From the NCBI GenBank assembly GCA_030264375.1, contig JASCQW010000072.1:44619265-44683264 (forward strand): a stretch of DNA of 64,000 nt. Reading direction: 5' to 3'. The position numbers were made by a program, and so were the translations under genes. This document shows positions 1 to 12,351 of this stretch, in pieces; position 1 is the first letter of the stretch, and the number at the start of each line of letters is the position of its first letter. The notes under the pieces were generated by a model that saw only the letters and a list, made by a program, of their open reading frames with translations, was not told where the DNA came from and ran no database searches. The stretch comes from Carcharhinus longimanus (lineage: Eukaryota).

Positions 1-485
1 GTCTTCATCAATGATATGTTGAAGACTCCGGAGAAGATGTCGTAGCTTCTCCGCTCCGGGGAAGTACTGGACGACAACAGGAAGGGAACAGTCTTGCCTA
101 TCGCAAGACTGTCGCAACATGTTGCACTATTTGTAACCTCCATGACTTGCCTGGGTTTGCAAAACCTCACTTGCTGTACTGTCTGGAGACAATACACATC
201 TCTTTAACCTATGCCTAATGCTCTTTCCACTCACATTGTTTGCCTCTTTAAGACTTGAATAGCAGGTTAGCTGTAAAGACTCGCATTCTAATCAGTAATC
301 TGTAACCTGTGTGTGCTGTTATATGCTCTGTCTGAGGCCAGAACTCTCCGTTCACCTGACGAAGGGGCAAACCCCGAAAGCTTGAGAGTTTACTATCAAA
401 TAAATTGGTTGGACTGAAACCTGGTGTTGTGAGACTTCTTACTTTGTTTATCCCAGTCCAACGCCTGCATCTCCACATCAAGCGA
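1..485. mobile_element. Penelope-like retroelement fragment with inverted junction
   Basis: Minus strand 1-80 reads VVVQYFPGAEKLRHLLRSLQHIIDED (resembles the PLE RT C-terminal/linker region). It abuts a plus-strand terminal repeat ending ...ccagtccaacgcctgcatctccacatca, also seen at about 32140, 35360, 47880 and 48060. Confidence 0.7.
352..387 (+). ncRNA. Minimal type I hammerhead ribozyme motif in Penelope terminal repeat
   Basis: TCAC-CTGACGA-A-GGGG-CAAA-CCCC-GAAA-GC-TT-GAGA: intact CUGANGA and GAAA cores, 4-bp stem II, palindromic AGCU stem III, one mismatch in stem I. Confidence 0.65.
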
Positions 486-504
486 CTTTTTACCAGGGGT
501 TTGT

Positions 505-690
505 GAAAGAGAGAGAGAGTGCAAGAGGGAGTGTGTGTGTGAGAGAGAGAATGAAAGAGGGAATGCATGAGAAGAAGGGAGTGCGCATGCTGTGAGAGGC
601 AGTATATGTATATGTGTATGAGAGAGGGAGAAGGTGTGAATGTGTGTGTGAGAGAGAGAGAAAATGAGTGCATGAATTTGAGAGAGTGTG
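505..690. repeat. Compound (GA)n/(GT)n low-complexity microsatellite
   Basis: Alternating gaga and gtgt tracts. Confidence 0.9.
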
Positions 691-934
691 TAATGTCCTA
701 ACTATGTTAGGAGCTGTGGGTTTTAAACAAAGAAAAGAATGTGGTTTGCCCTTGTAGAGCAGATTTTATTAAAAGTGATGTTCTCTGCACTGCACAGAGT
801 ACAAACTGAAATTAAAAGCTGGAAACTGTTAAATATTCCAATTGTGTCACCATCTAATCATGTGATCAATTCTTAAAGCAGCCATGCAATGATGCATAGG
901 ATCAATAATAATTCAGGCACAGCTAATAAGAAAG

Positions 935-1505
935 TCAATCAGGAGGACATCTATTCCTCTTTAGTTGTATCCAACATTCTAGAATTTGGCTGACCTTGAG
1001 TCTGGAAGTATGATTTGAAATTTGAACTTCAGTAGCCACTTCTTCTCTTGGGATTAATTCTGCATCATTTGCACATGGTACAACAGCAGAAACACAATCA
1101 TCAGGCAACTCAGATTCAACTAAGTCTTCCGCTGTAATATTCACAACACTAGGAACTAAAGAACTTGATACTTCTGGAGATTATTCAGAGAAGTCATTTC
1201 AAAGTGACAACAATTGATCAGCAGGGTGTCACTAAACTAGTTAATCTTCAGTTTGAACTGTGTAACAAATTGGACCTTTTTTTTGCTAAAACTACAGCTG
1301 GTACCCATTTCTCACTTATGGCATCATTACTTGCTAACATTCAATCACTTTGTTGAAATGAGTGCTGTTTTGCCCTTGAGTCTTGTCTGGCAACTTGAGA
1401 TTGTTGTTTATGCCCTACTATCTCTGAAGTTTTTGGAGGTAATACGTAGTTCTCAACTTTCACTTTAAGAATAGTATTGCAGGTGAGCATTGTGTAGTCA
1501 CATGA
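935..1505 (-). pseudogene. Gypsy (Mag-type) LTR retrotransposon integrase C-terminal remnant
   Basis: Minus strand with stops/frameshifts: TTQCSPAILFLK*KLRT...SEKWVPAVVLAKK-PICYTVQTED...HPADQLL...LKRNRCPPD, typical of the post-catalytic integrase tail. Confidence 0.75.
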
Positions 1506-1719
1506 ATGGGGTCAATATCAGCAGCGGCCAGTTCACAGGATTCATACTGGGCAACCATGTCTCCCAGCCTAAGTTTTTCTTGCATCAACAGATCCATTCG
1601 TTAATATGCCTTAACATCTCATTGGTGGGTCCGTGACTAGAATCCCCTGCTGACTCTGTCCAACATCAAAATGGATGTAATAGCCTGCCTGCTTCATGCA
1701 AGGCATCTGTCACCTGGTG

Positions 1720-2130
1720 AACACATCAGTGGACGGAGGCCTGTGAGATTCCACAGAGGTTGCCATTGGGTGCCTGGAATGACCCTGTTGCACAGAAATT
1801 CAGTTCCACTGTCACCTTATCTTCTACTGGGAGTGAGTGGCCTCCCCTTCCCTGACATGCCAGGTGTGTGAGTGCCTCACTCACTAGGTGGCGCCAGCGA
1901 CAGCACATGACCTCCAACAGCCCCTCAGATGATATCCTGATCTGGTACTGCCTAGGCTTTTACATCCTCCTTCTCCTGATCACCCTTTCAGGATCCTGCT
2001 CTCCCACCTCATGGCCATCAGTGGCAGCCCCCTGCCCTCCTTCCTGAGGGTCTGCCACTGGCTGCTCCTGGAGTGGCCTTCCTACCCCTCCGCCTCCTGA
2101 GCCACCTCTGCCTCCTCAGCTGTCACCATG
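1720..2130 (-). pseudogene. PIF/Harbinger transposase N-terminal remnant (HARBI1-like)
   Basis: KVTVELNFCATGSFQAPNGNLCGISQASVH matches the Harbinger transposase HTH segment. Confidence 0.8.
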
Positions 2131-2419
2131 ATGGCCAGCTGTAGACCAATCAGACTGAGATCCATTTTGCACAGTGGGGGTTAGAGAGAGAGTGATTGAT
2201 AGATACATGTCATTGCTTACAACAACCCCAGCACCAACCCCACCCCATCCCTCACTGGGACCAGTACTCCCACTTGTGGATGCTGGCAACACTACACAGT
2301 CTGTGGTGCCATGTGTCACCTGATTCGATTGCCTGTCATTGACATCGTGAACACAGCAGGCAGGGAGACAGAGAACACAGGTTGGTTTGCAGGCGTGGCC
2401 ATTGTGCTCCATTGAGCCA

Positions 2420-2985
2420 TTGCCATGAGTGTAACTACAGAGGGTGGGATGCCTGGAACTCGCTGCTGGGGGAGGTAGTGGAAGCAGATACGATAGTGAC
2501 TTTTAAGGGGCATCTTGACAAATACATGAATAGGTTGGGAATGGAGGGATACAGTCCCCAGAAAGGTTAGGGTGTTTTAGTTCAGTCGGGCACCCCATCC
2601 TCTGTGTAAAAAACTTGCCTCACACATCTCCTTTAAACCTTGCCCCTCGTATCTTAAACCTATGTCCCCTAATAATTGACTCTTCCACCCTTGGAAAAAG
2701 CTTCTGACTATCCACTCTATCCATGCCACTCATAATCTTGTAGACTTTTATCAGGTCACTCCTCAACCTCCGTCATTCCAGTGAGGACAAACAAAGTTTC
2801 TCTAACCTTTCTTCATAACTAATGCCCTCCATGCTGGGCAACATCCTGGTAAATCTTTTCTGTACCCTGTCCAAAGACTCCACATCCTTCTGGTAGTGTG
2901 GTGTCCAGAATTGAACACTATGGTTGGTGCAGGCTTGGAGGGCTGAAGGGCCTGTTCCCATGTTGTAATTTTTTTTGTTCTTTAT
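2420..2985. mobile_element. CR1-type LINE 3' fragments in opposite orientations
   Basis: Plus: WNSLLGEVVEADTIVTFKGHLDKYM. Minus: VQFWTPHYQKDVESLDRVQKRFTRMLPSMEGISYEERLEKLCLSSLE. Confidence 0.85.
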
Positions 2986-3214
2986 AAGTGGGATTGAAAG
3001 CATGATGTATGGAAGGGCATGGGGTGCAGTGAGTGTCAGGGTTAGGGAGCTTGTGTTGGCCGTTTCGGGGAAATGGGGTCCCTAGTGTGGGGTGCTGATT
3101 GGTGGGGTGCCACAGGGGTTGGAGGTGGAACTGGGGGGCACAGTTGGTGGCTGCCCTTGAGGTGTTTGGGAATGGTTTGACATTGTAAGTACAGCACATG
3201 TACAGGTTTCAGAA

Positions 3215-3470
3215 TGGGTTTCACACTCATCCTTGCTGCCTGAAGATTCATTTTCTTCCGGTACTGGTCTCCGGACTGAGGTGTCAATGTCCTGGCATTC
3301 ACAACTACAGCCACTGCCTCCCATAACATACTTGCTGCACGATCCCTTGGGTGACAGCCCTGAGTGGGGTACAACAGCTGGCATCTCTTCTCCATTGCAT
3401 CCAGCAGGCGGGCCCGCTCATTCGCGGAAAATCTGGAGCACTTTTCTTGGGGCCATCTTCCTGGCATGAC
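3215..3470 (-). pseudogene. Harbinger Myb/SANT-like DNA-binding gene remnant
   Basis: RFSANERARLLDAMEKRCQLLYP...WEAVAVVVNARTLTPQSGDQYRKKMNL, a trihelix Myb/SANT pattern. Confidence 0.75.
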
Positions 3471-3744
3471 TGCCTGTGTGTCCATAATTGCAGTTTATAT
3501 ACAGCTCGAGCTTGTTAAGGGAGTCCAGGTGCAGTCAGTTTGGGCCAGTTATGGGCCCATTGGTTAAATTTCAATGTGAATAATGTACAGGCAACCTAGA
3601 ATAGAGGATGAACCATCTCCAAAGGTGCTGATTGGATTAACTCAACAAGTTACTGTGTCCAGTGCTCAAGGCTCTCACGCAACGAGGGGAATGTTCGCAG
3701 GCAGGGGATGTGTATGGTGGCACAGCACTCTGTGTGTGAAGGGG

Positions 3745-3912
3745 AACAGGGGAGGCCAGCAAAATCCGGATCAGTGGGGGATGGGGAGGCCGGGAGGCCA
3801 GTGATGTCTGAATCAGCGGAGGATGTGAGGCCAGCGATGTCTGGGTCAGCGGGGGATGGGGAGGCCGGGGGGCCACTGATGTCTGGGTCAGCGGGGGATG
3901 GGAGGCCAGCAT
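3745..3912. repeat. GC-rich minisatellite, about 39-bp unit (gatgtctgggtcagcgggggatggggaggcc core)
   Basis: Four to five imperfect tandem copies. Confidence 0.85.
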
Positions 3913-3924
3913 CAAACCACTGGA

Positions 3925-4588
3925 TGATCTCATGGAAAACTACCATAGACCACATGGAGAAGCAATTCTACTGTTTGTCCACTCAACGCTACATTGACCA
4001 TGATGTAGCCTTTTAGTAGCACAATCTCTTCTGAGTATGTCCTTAAAATCACAGCTTTTGTTGGTATGTAGTCCCAAGAATTAAAGACAGTGGCACCACT
4101 ATTAATCTCCACCTTAATATGTTGTCTACTTCAGAATCACCCATTATCTAATTCATCCTGCATGATTAGACGTTTAGTTGGAGCTCTTTGTCATATCTCT
4201 GGAAATTTGCTTCTTCACAGTCATAATTCTTCCATGTTATAAATTCTTTTTTGTAGAATGCAACTTGTTCTTCCTGTTGAAGGTGCACAGATTCTTCTGA
4301 ATGTTCTTCTCAGGGAAAGCTGGTATAGCACAACAAGCTATTGTAATGTGACCCATTTTGTGACAATTCTTGCACTGACAATCCTTGCTCCAACATTCAC
4401 TCGCTGCATGGTCCATTTTGGCACATCTGTGACACACTTGTTGCTGTTTTCACTTATTGGCAGTTCCCAACTTGTGGATCTTCATTCCCACAGCAAATTC
4501 TGAAGCCTCATTAGTAGCTAGTTCCATTGACACTGTGATTTCCACTGCTGTCTTGAAAGTCAAAGCATGTTCTGTAATAAATCTTCAA
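3925..4588 (-). pseudogene. Gypsy (Mag-type) gag C-terminus with twin CCHC knuckles and aspartic protease remnant
   Basis: LTFKTAVEITVSME, then CHRCAKMDHAASEC and CKNCHKMGHITIAC, then MEINSGATV (decayed DTGA motif) and LRTYSEEIVLLKGYIMVNV. Confidence 0.85.
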
Positions 4589-5405
4589 ATGAATGGCAGA
4601 TGCAGTATAATTAGGATAAATATGAGGTTATCCATCTTTGGTAACAAAATAGGGAAAGCAGATTACTATCTGAGTGGCCATACATTAGGAGAGGGGGAAT
4701 GTGCAATGAGACCTAGGTGTCCTCAAACAACAGTCACTGAAGGTAAGCATTTAGGTACAGCAAGCAGTGAAAAAGCAACTGATATGTTGGCCTTTGTAGT
4801 GAGAGGGTTCGAGTGCAAGAGCAGGGATGTCTTGCTACAATTATACAGGGTCTTGGTGAGGCACACATCGCATATTGTATGCAGTTTTAGTCCCCTTATT
4901 TGAGGAAGGATGTTCTTGCTCTAAAAGGGAATGTACAGAAGGCTTACCAAACTGATTCCTGGGATGGCAAGACTGACATATGACAAGAGAGTGAGTTGGT
5001 CAGGATTATATTCACTGGAATTCAGAAGAATGAGGGGAGATCTCATAGAAACCTATGAAATTCTAATAGATCTAGACAGGATGGATACAAGAAAAATGTT
5101 CCCAAAGGTGGAGATGTCCAGCTCCAGANNNNNNNNNNNNNNNNNNNNNNNNNGACTATTTAGGACAGAAATGGAGTGAAATTTCTCCAACCAGAGAGTG
5201 ATCAATCTATGGAATTTGCTACCACAGAAAGTGGTTGAGGCCGGAAGCAGTTAGATATAGCACTTGGGGCAAAGGAGATCAAAGGATATGGGGCAAAGGC
5301 AGGATCAGATTATTGAGATGGATGATCAGCCTTGATCATAATGAATAGTGGAGCAGGATTGATGGGCTGAAAGACCTTCGCTTGCTCTTACTTTCTTCGT
5401 TTCTT
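4589..5405 (+). mobile_element. CR1-type LINE 3' portion inserted in the Gypsy gag
   Basis: GFECKSRDVLLQLYRVLVR; LIPGMARLTYDKRVSWSGLYSLEFRRMRGDLIETYEIL; CR1 3' UTR. Gag sequence resumes on both sides. Confidence 0.9.
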
Positions 5406-5409
5406 TGGA

Positions 5410-5770
5410 TAGCCTCATTTTGGAGACTACAAACTAGACAATCTCAAAGAATAATTTATAATGACTCACTGATGAGTCTTTAATGTTGTGCCAGCCTTTT
5501 TAAGATTGCCCACAAACTATGCAGTGCTTTTGCCTTCCATTTAATTCATTTGATAGAATCTCAACAATTCCCCACGACCAGTGGCTTTGGAAAATAATGC
5601 ACTTTGTCAAGTCAATACAAGTTTTGTTTCCTGGCTTTGCTAGATGGACCAAGCAGTGGAGAAAACTGAAGGTTTTACTTCCTACTGTATTGAGAAAAAC
5701 TGGTATGAGCAACCCATTTGCAACTTTATTCAGTTGTATAAAGTACTGAAAATGCTGTACTTAAGAACTC
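5410..5770 (-). pseudogene. Gypsy (Mag-type) gag N-terminal remnant
   Basis: IPVFLNTVGSKTFSFLHCLVHLAKPGNKT resembles the Mag gag start motif (FLSxIGxKTYxLLRSLxxPxKP). Confidence 0.7.
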
Positions 5771-6005
5771 CAGGATTCACTTTCTTCATTCAAAGTACCA
5801 TGGATCCTAATTGACCTACCATTTCTCTTGCAGGCATTAACAACTTCTCTTGCAGGCATTAACAACTTGAAACTCCTCAGTATAAAAATTTTTACTGTCT
5901 TCACAGTATTCCCCTTTTACCCTGAAGATTGATGACTTGATCTATACCCCAGCTTCACAGCAAAGCATCCACCTTTTTCAAATAAGCCAGATGCTGCCTG
6001 GAATC

Positions 6006-6023
6006 TCACCCTTTTCTGAACCA
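6006..6023 (-). promoter_or_regulatory. Probable primer-binding site (tRNA-Leu type) of the Gypsy element
   Basis: Minus strand ...TACAACA|TGGTTCAGAAAAGGGTG: an LTR-like CA end followed by a TGG(TG)TCAGAA-type PBS upstream of gag. Confidence 0.55.
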
Positions 6024-6527
6024 TGTTGTAGATATAGAAAGTATAACTGTGGAGAAAAAATAGTAAAAATTTCTTATTCAGAAAGGAAATGAACTTCCAC
6101 TGATGTAGTGCCTTTCACAACCTTACTTCATCACAACTCACTTTGCAGCCAATTGGAGACTTGGCAGGATTTTCCAGCCATTCCCGATGACAGTATCTAC
6201 TGATTCCGCCAATGGATACCCACCGCCATGGGTNNNNNNNNNNNNNNNNNNNNNNNNNNNNNNNNNNNNNNNNNNNNNNNNNNNNNNNNNNNNNNNNNNN
6301 NNNNNNNNNNNNNNNNNNNNNNNNNNNNNNNNNNNNNNNNNNNNNNNNNNNNNNNNNNNNNNNNNNNNNNNNNNNNNNNNNNNNNNNNNNNNNNNNNNNN
6401 NNAAGCACAATGTCAATCATTGCACCTTGCATTCCCACAAAGAATAATGTGATAAATAGTCAAACAATGTTAGTGATGATGCTTCCTTTAATTAATTCAT
6501 GGAATGGATAATTACTGCTGAAAAGGA

Positions 6528-7060
6528 AAGCATTTATTGCCCATATTTAATTACCATCGAGAAGGTGGTATTGAGCTGCCTTCTTGAATTGCAGCTGTCC
6601 CTGTGATATGGGTAGATCACAGTCCAGTGCTGGCATCTGCACTGTATGGGTGGATCCATAGTGTTGTTTAGGTAGGAAGTCCCAGGACATTGACCCAGCA
6701 ACAAAGAATGTAATGGCAATATATTTACAAATCACCCGGAAATGTTTGTGTTCCTATTACCCTTATTCTTCTCCACAATAGAAGTTTTTGGTTGAGAAGA
6801 TGCTGTGGAAGAAACATTGGCGAGTTCCTACTGTGGAGAACATTCCTTTATTCCTTAATTTATGCCTTGCAAATGGTGGAAAGGCTTTGGGTGGCCAGGC
6901 ATTGCAGAATACTCAGCTTCTGGCCTGTTGCCACAGTCACAGAATTGATATGGCTTGTCCAGTTTGGTTTCCAGTCAATGGTAACCAGAATGATGTTGAC
7001 GATGGTGGATTTTGCAATGGTAATGTGGTTGACTCTCAAGGGGCTATGGTTAGACTCTTT
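6528..7060 (-). mobile_element. LINE 3' fragment (same family as 44180-45260)
   Basis: Minus IDWKPNWTSHINSVTVATGQKLSILQCL...LSTICKA. The 3' UTR is shared with the 44180 copy. Confidence 0.75.
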
Positions 7061-7094
7061 TTGCCGAGTGTTAAATGTTGGCCAGAATGCTGGG

Positions 7095-7320
7095 AATACA
7101 CTCTCCCCTTTTTCAAATAATTGCCATGGCATCTTCAACAAGCGAAGGCGGGAATAGATGGAACGTCTGTTCAATGCTTTATTTAAGGACAGCACCTTTG
7201 ACAGTTTAGCATTTTCTCAGTGCTGACCTGGGCTGTCGGCTGAGATTATGTGCCAGGTCTCTGAGAAAATATTTTAACTGACTTGTAGGGAATAGAGAGT
7301 CATGCCACCTAGTGGCGTGG
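7095..7320 (-). mobile_element. Decayed DeuSINE (SacSINE1/AmnSINE1-like) central domain
   Basis: tgccatggcatctt...aaggacagcacctttgacagt...cagtgctgacctgggctgtcggctgagattatgtg resembles the reverse complement of the Deu domain. Similar remnant at about 10190-10420. Confidence 0.55.
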
Positions 7321-8084
7321 CAGGGTAGTAACCAATGAGTGTTGTCCTTCAACATTGGAGTACCTATTCTCATGTTACCTTTTGACTCCATAGATAATAT
7401 TGATATTACACTTTTGGAATCTTACAGTGGAATTCACATCTTATGCTAAATACTTAATCAGATACTTGTCAATTTCCAGCAGGGAATTAAGCTCAACTTT
7501 TGTCTCCAGTTGAAACAGGATTAAAGAGCATACAGATATAATTAACAACCCATTTTAAATTCACACAAGCTGTCTTTAATTTATATTCAATTATGAATTC
7601 TGTTGTTCACATTTATAATGGAAACAGGGTAATTAAAGCACAGTAAATTTAGATAATCAGTTTCTATTTAAAATGTGAACATAGGAATTTGATAAACATG
7701 AGGGAAGAGAATACAGTCAAAATATTTTTAACATGTTATAGATATGTAAGCACCCTTGTTACCTTAGAAATGACTGCATTGCTTACGCTTATCTATAGGC
7801 TTTTATAACTTATACACCACGAAGTGTAATTAATGTTTAACATTGAATTGATTCACAATTTTGCTTCATCAAGGGATGGAGGAAGGGAGGGAGAAAGATA
7901 GTGAAAGGAGGAGAAGGAAAGCTTAAGGACCCCGGACATCCCAGAGCAATATTTAATCAATGATATACATTTGAAGTGTGATCACTGTTGTAGAACAGAT
8001 TTGCTCTGTTTACAACATACACATCAGGATTCAACCAGGAGTATAGCTACAGGAAGATATGCCCAATACTTTAACAAATATAAG

Positions 8085-8360
8085 TTTCAGTTTATTTATT
8101 AATGTAACAAGTCGATTTACATTAACACAGCAATGAAGTTACTGTGAAAATCCCCTAGTTGCCACACTCCATGTGCCTGGAGTGGATACACCGAGGGAGA
8201 ATTTAGCATGACCAATGCACCTAACCAGCACATCTTTCGGACTGTGGGAGGAAACCGGTGCACCCAGAGGAAACCCATGCAGACTCCACACATACAGTAA
8301 CCCAAGCCGGGAATCGAACCTGGAGTCAATAGTGCTAATCACTATGCCACCGTGCCACCC
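8085..8360 (-). mobile_element. tRNA-derived V-SINE (HE1-like head and V core)
   Basis: ggtggcacggtggc...ggttcgattcccggcttggg...gggtttcctctgggtgcaccggtttcctcccacagtcc with tail ...cagtaacttcattgc...aataaataaac. Confidence 0.85.
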
Positions 8361-8887
8361 AAAACAAAAATCTATTACTTAGTCAACAACTAAACATCTC
8401 AGTTCAGGCAGTCTTTCACGTTTGTCTAATTAAAACAGTGAAACATTTTGAAAAACAACCATAAAGTGCCTTCAGATATTCCACGGTTACTATTAGGGCC
8501 TGGATTTTGCAGTCAGTGGTGAAGCGGTTGACCCCAAAAAACATTTCCCATTAGAGCCCTAGCAATCTCTGTGATGTAGTTACCACTTCCCAATGGAAAT
8601 TTAAATTCAATACCAACTCTTGGTATTGAATGTCTTGGCATGCAGTAACAGTGATGTCAGATTGAAGTAATCACAAACAACAAAATGAAGAGGTAAGAGC
8701 GCTTAATATTCTTCACTTTTCATTTACATTTTCACTGTGAAATAAATGATGATGAAATTAAGGTAGAAGCTAAATCAAAGATGAATAAGAAAAACAAAAT
8801 ATGGAAATATTGAAAAATTAGACAATTATCAATACAGAATCCACTATAAAGTCAGCTTTTGGAGTATTCAGAGTGTTTAGCATGTGA

Positions 8888-9235
8888 GATGGTGTTGTAG
8901 TGGTATTGTCACTAATCCAGAAACTTAGGGCAAAATATGGGGACCCAGGTTTGAATCCACCATGGCAGATGGTGAAATTTGAGTTCAATAAAAACCTGAA
9001 TTTAAAAAGTCTAATGGTGACCATGAAACCATTGTCAATTGTCATAAAAACCCATCTAGCTCACTGGTGTCCTTTCGGGAAGGAAATCTGCCATCCTTAC
9101 CTGGTCTGGCCTACATGTGACTCCAGAGCCGCAGCAATGTGGTTGACTCCCAAATGCCCTCTGAAATGGAGGGCCATTAGGGATGGGCAATAAATGCTGG
9201 CCCAGCCAGTGATGCCCACACCCCATTACTGCATA
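8888..9235 (+). mobile_element. tRNA-derived shark SINE with LINE-derived tail
   Basis: Head ggtgttgtagtggtattgtcact...ggtttgaatcc, core gaaggaaatctgccatccttacctggtctggcctac, tail gatgggcaataaatgctggcc. Other copies at 58065-58440 (-), 62090-62385 (+) and 49850-50200 (-). Confidence 0.8.
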
Positions 9236-9675
9236 AAAAGTAAAGTTAACAAGCCATTGAACCCAAGTTACAACTCATTCTACAGGATGTAACTTTTTAA
9301 ATGTTATTTACAGCAAGACTAACAGTGTAAGAGTAGGAGTTATTGCCAATTCAATTGATTGCTATTGATTGGACCTTGGGAGTGACTGAGCAGCACACCC
9401 TCTGGAGAGGCTTCGAATCACTGATAACAACTAATGGATTTCTGTGTTATTCTGCGTGCATGCCAGAACTTTCTTTCCTTTGCAGTGGAGTTTCCACTGA
9501 CAGTTTTGCCACACCTGAAAATCTGGACCAATGTGTTTTGTAAATGCAAGTCATTTCTTCATTATGCCTGTCTAGAGGCTGGAACTGGAAAACCTTTCGA
9601 ACTCAAGAAAGCCTCATACAAAGTAAACTTGCTCCTTACTGAAATGGGGCAGAACAACAGCAAGAAAGACTTAAA

Positions 9676-9862
9676 TGAAAGCAAAATACTGCAGATGCTG
9701 GAAACCTGAAATAAAAACAGAAAATTCTGGGTTAACTCAGTAGGTCTGGCAGCATCAGTAGTTCTGTAGAAGAGTCACATGGACTTGAAATGACTCTGTT
9801 TCTCTCTCCACAGACGCTGCCAGATCTGCTGAGTTCATCCAGCACTTTCAGTTTTTATTTTA
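9676..9862. mobile_element. Short palindromic Penelope-derived terminal fragment
   Basis: gcagatgctggaaacctgaaataaaaacagaaaat... inverted against ...cagcactttcagtttttattt, with a decayed hammerhead core at about 9763-9790. Similar copies at 24980-25045, 38795-38970 and 56865-57045. Confidence 0.65.
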
Positions 9863-11128
9863 TATTATATAAGCAAGAAAGGCTTTGCAACTATCTCACA
9901 CTTGTCATACTTTCGGGACATTTAAAGTTCTTCACAGTTAATGAATTACTTTTAGCCTGTAGACCACAAATCTCCAGTCTTGTGCCACCGCTGTCAGCGA
10001 GAATGGAGAATTTGGCACTCAATCAAATCTCCAGTCACTGCAGTGAGACTGGAAAATCCCAGCTGCCAATGAGGTCGGACAATCTGGGCCACAGTTACAG
10101 ATTTACAAGCAAATGTGCCAGTCAGTTTTCCACCCAGTGCCCTACAAACCTTACATAAATTTTGTGAGTGGCTGAGGAGGGAGAAAACCATTCAAGGCAG
10201 CAGAGGAATTCCCTGCTTTTTGAGAGAAATATTATTAGATTTTTATTGCATCCCCTTGAACAGACAGCATACAGCTTGCTTCAACATCCCATTAAGGTGG
10301 CACCTCTGAAACTACATCTGTGCTGCACCAGGATCTTGGCCTTAATTAGGTGCTTAAATCAAGTCCACAATTTTCTCACCCAAGGTGTACCAATAACACC
10401 ACACTAATACTTAATTAAATAAGTAATCTGGTTTATTTAATGACCAAAACATTACTTCTCAAAATGTAAAAAGGAAGGTATGTTTATAAGACGTCTATTA
10501 TGTACATAGAAGTCATAAGGTTACTGTGGAGGCGTTAGTCAGTAAAATTACTCCCACAAAGCTGTTAGCTGACAGGGAAGATGAGAATTTTGTTTTGCAG
10601 AGTGCATTCCTGTGATCTGACACTGCCCGCAAGGTTGGTGGAAACTAATTTTCTAATAATTTGATAAAGGAATTGGATATGTACTTTACAAGGATATATT
10701 TTCAGGACTATGAGGAAAGAGCAGTGGAGTAGGAATAATTAAATAGCTTTTTTCAAAGAACTGACACAGGTACCAAGGACTGAATGCACTCTTTTCAAGG
10801 AACACAAAATTGTAGGATTAAAGAACTGGTGAAGGACTTTCAACCCTTTGAGCCTGTTCCACCATTCAGTAAGATCATGGCTGATCTGATTGTGTCACAA
10901 TTTCATTTTGCCACCTTTCCGCCATAAGCCTTGACTCCTTTGTCTATCAAAAATCTGTCCACCTCTGCCTTAAATAAAGTCAATGACCAATGGGAAAAAA
11001 AATCCACAAACTAACAACCCTCAAAGAAAATATGTTCCTAATCTCAGTCTTAAATGTCATTTTGGAGCTATCTCCCCTATTCCAATCTCCCTCTCAAAAG
11101 GAAACATCCTCCCTGGTATCCACACTAT

Positions 11129-11888
11129 TGTGATGATACTATACCGTCAAGAAATATATTTATATCATGGTTCTTGTAAAGGGCATGTTTAGAATTCAGA
11201 TCTATTTTGCATGGTTCCATTTTGCCTGCAGAGACCTTTAAATTAGCAGCTGGGAGAACAAGATTAAGTATTCATTTTAGACATGGAGTATTTGTTTAAG
11301 CAGAGCTAATGCACTTGTGTTTACTTAGGTCTGCCTGAAGTTTCAAGTAGTGTTTTGATAAGGTTGATTGACAGAAACTGAGTCACGTACTTAATGGAAG
11401 GATCTAAGGTTGCAGGAAAGAAAGAGTTTCAGTTTCATTTTAAAATACAAGTAGTTGCTGCCTGGACTGCCAGAAGAAACACGTGTCTTTCTTTGTCTCT
11501 CTCTCTCTCCACAGGTGTTCTGAAAGCTCCGGGACTATTAATATAAGTTACTACCTGTGGTTTGCGAATTAATTATAAGGAGGTCTTTGAGTCTAGAAGA
11601 GAAATGTTGCTTGTTTGGAACTCATAGTGAGATATTAGCAGTTAATAATAGTATCTTGTTATGTTTAAGTATTGTTCAATTGTTAACCATGGAGCTAATT
11701 TATTTGTTATAGTTAAACTGTGTTGTTAAATAAAGTTTGTTTTGCTAAGCGCCTCCCAGTTTTTCAGCAAAATCATGCCTGGGCTAAAACATTTTATCCT
11801 CCAATAATACCAAAATAGAAATTGTTGGGATCTAGTCTGACTTCATAATATACCTTGGGGTTTCTAATTCACTACACTGACTCTAACA
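11129..11888 (+). mobile_element. Probable solo LTR inserted into a CR1 3' fragment
   Basis: Starts TG, ends CA, AATAAA at 11729-11734. Minus-strand CR1 sequence (10800-11128 and 11889-12160) is continuous across it. No clear TSD. Confidence 0.6.
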
Positions 11889-12351
11889 AATCCCCTGAGA
11901 ACCTTATATATTTCAATAATTCACTCTCATTCTTCTGAACTCCAATGGGCATAGGCCCAATCTGTTCAAACTTTCTTCATATGATAAACCACAACGTGAG
12001 TGGACCCTGTAAGAAAATTTTCTAAAACATTTTCTTTCAAACACAGAGAGCAAAACTGTGCACAATATTCGAGATGTAGTCTCATCAAACCCTGTATAGT
12101 AGCAACAAAACCTCCCTATTTTATATTCCGTTCCCTCTGAAATAAATGCCAATAATTTTTCTATGCTATAAGATTGTGTGGTGTACATTAGACTTAATAG
12201 ATCATAAATAATCATGAGTTTTGACCTCCAGATATAATTACACCTTTGTGATGAGGTATTGGAAAGCAGACTGGATGCTAAGTTCTATGGTAAAATTTCT
12301 TCTGTTCCCTAGCTGACCATTTTCTGCTGCAACCTTGAAAACCAATGTTCA

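Noticed and set aside
6115-6511. ORFs spanning N runs (also 30340-31023, 35938-36594, 46453-47096)
   Set aside because: Artefacts of translating assembly gaps.
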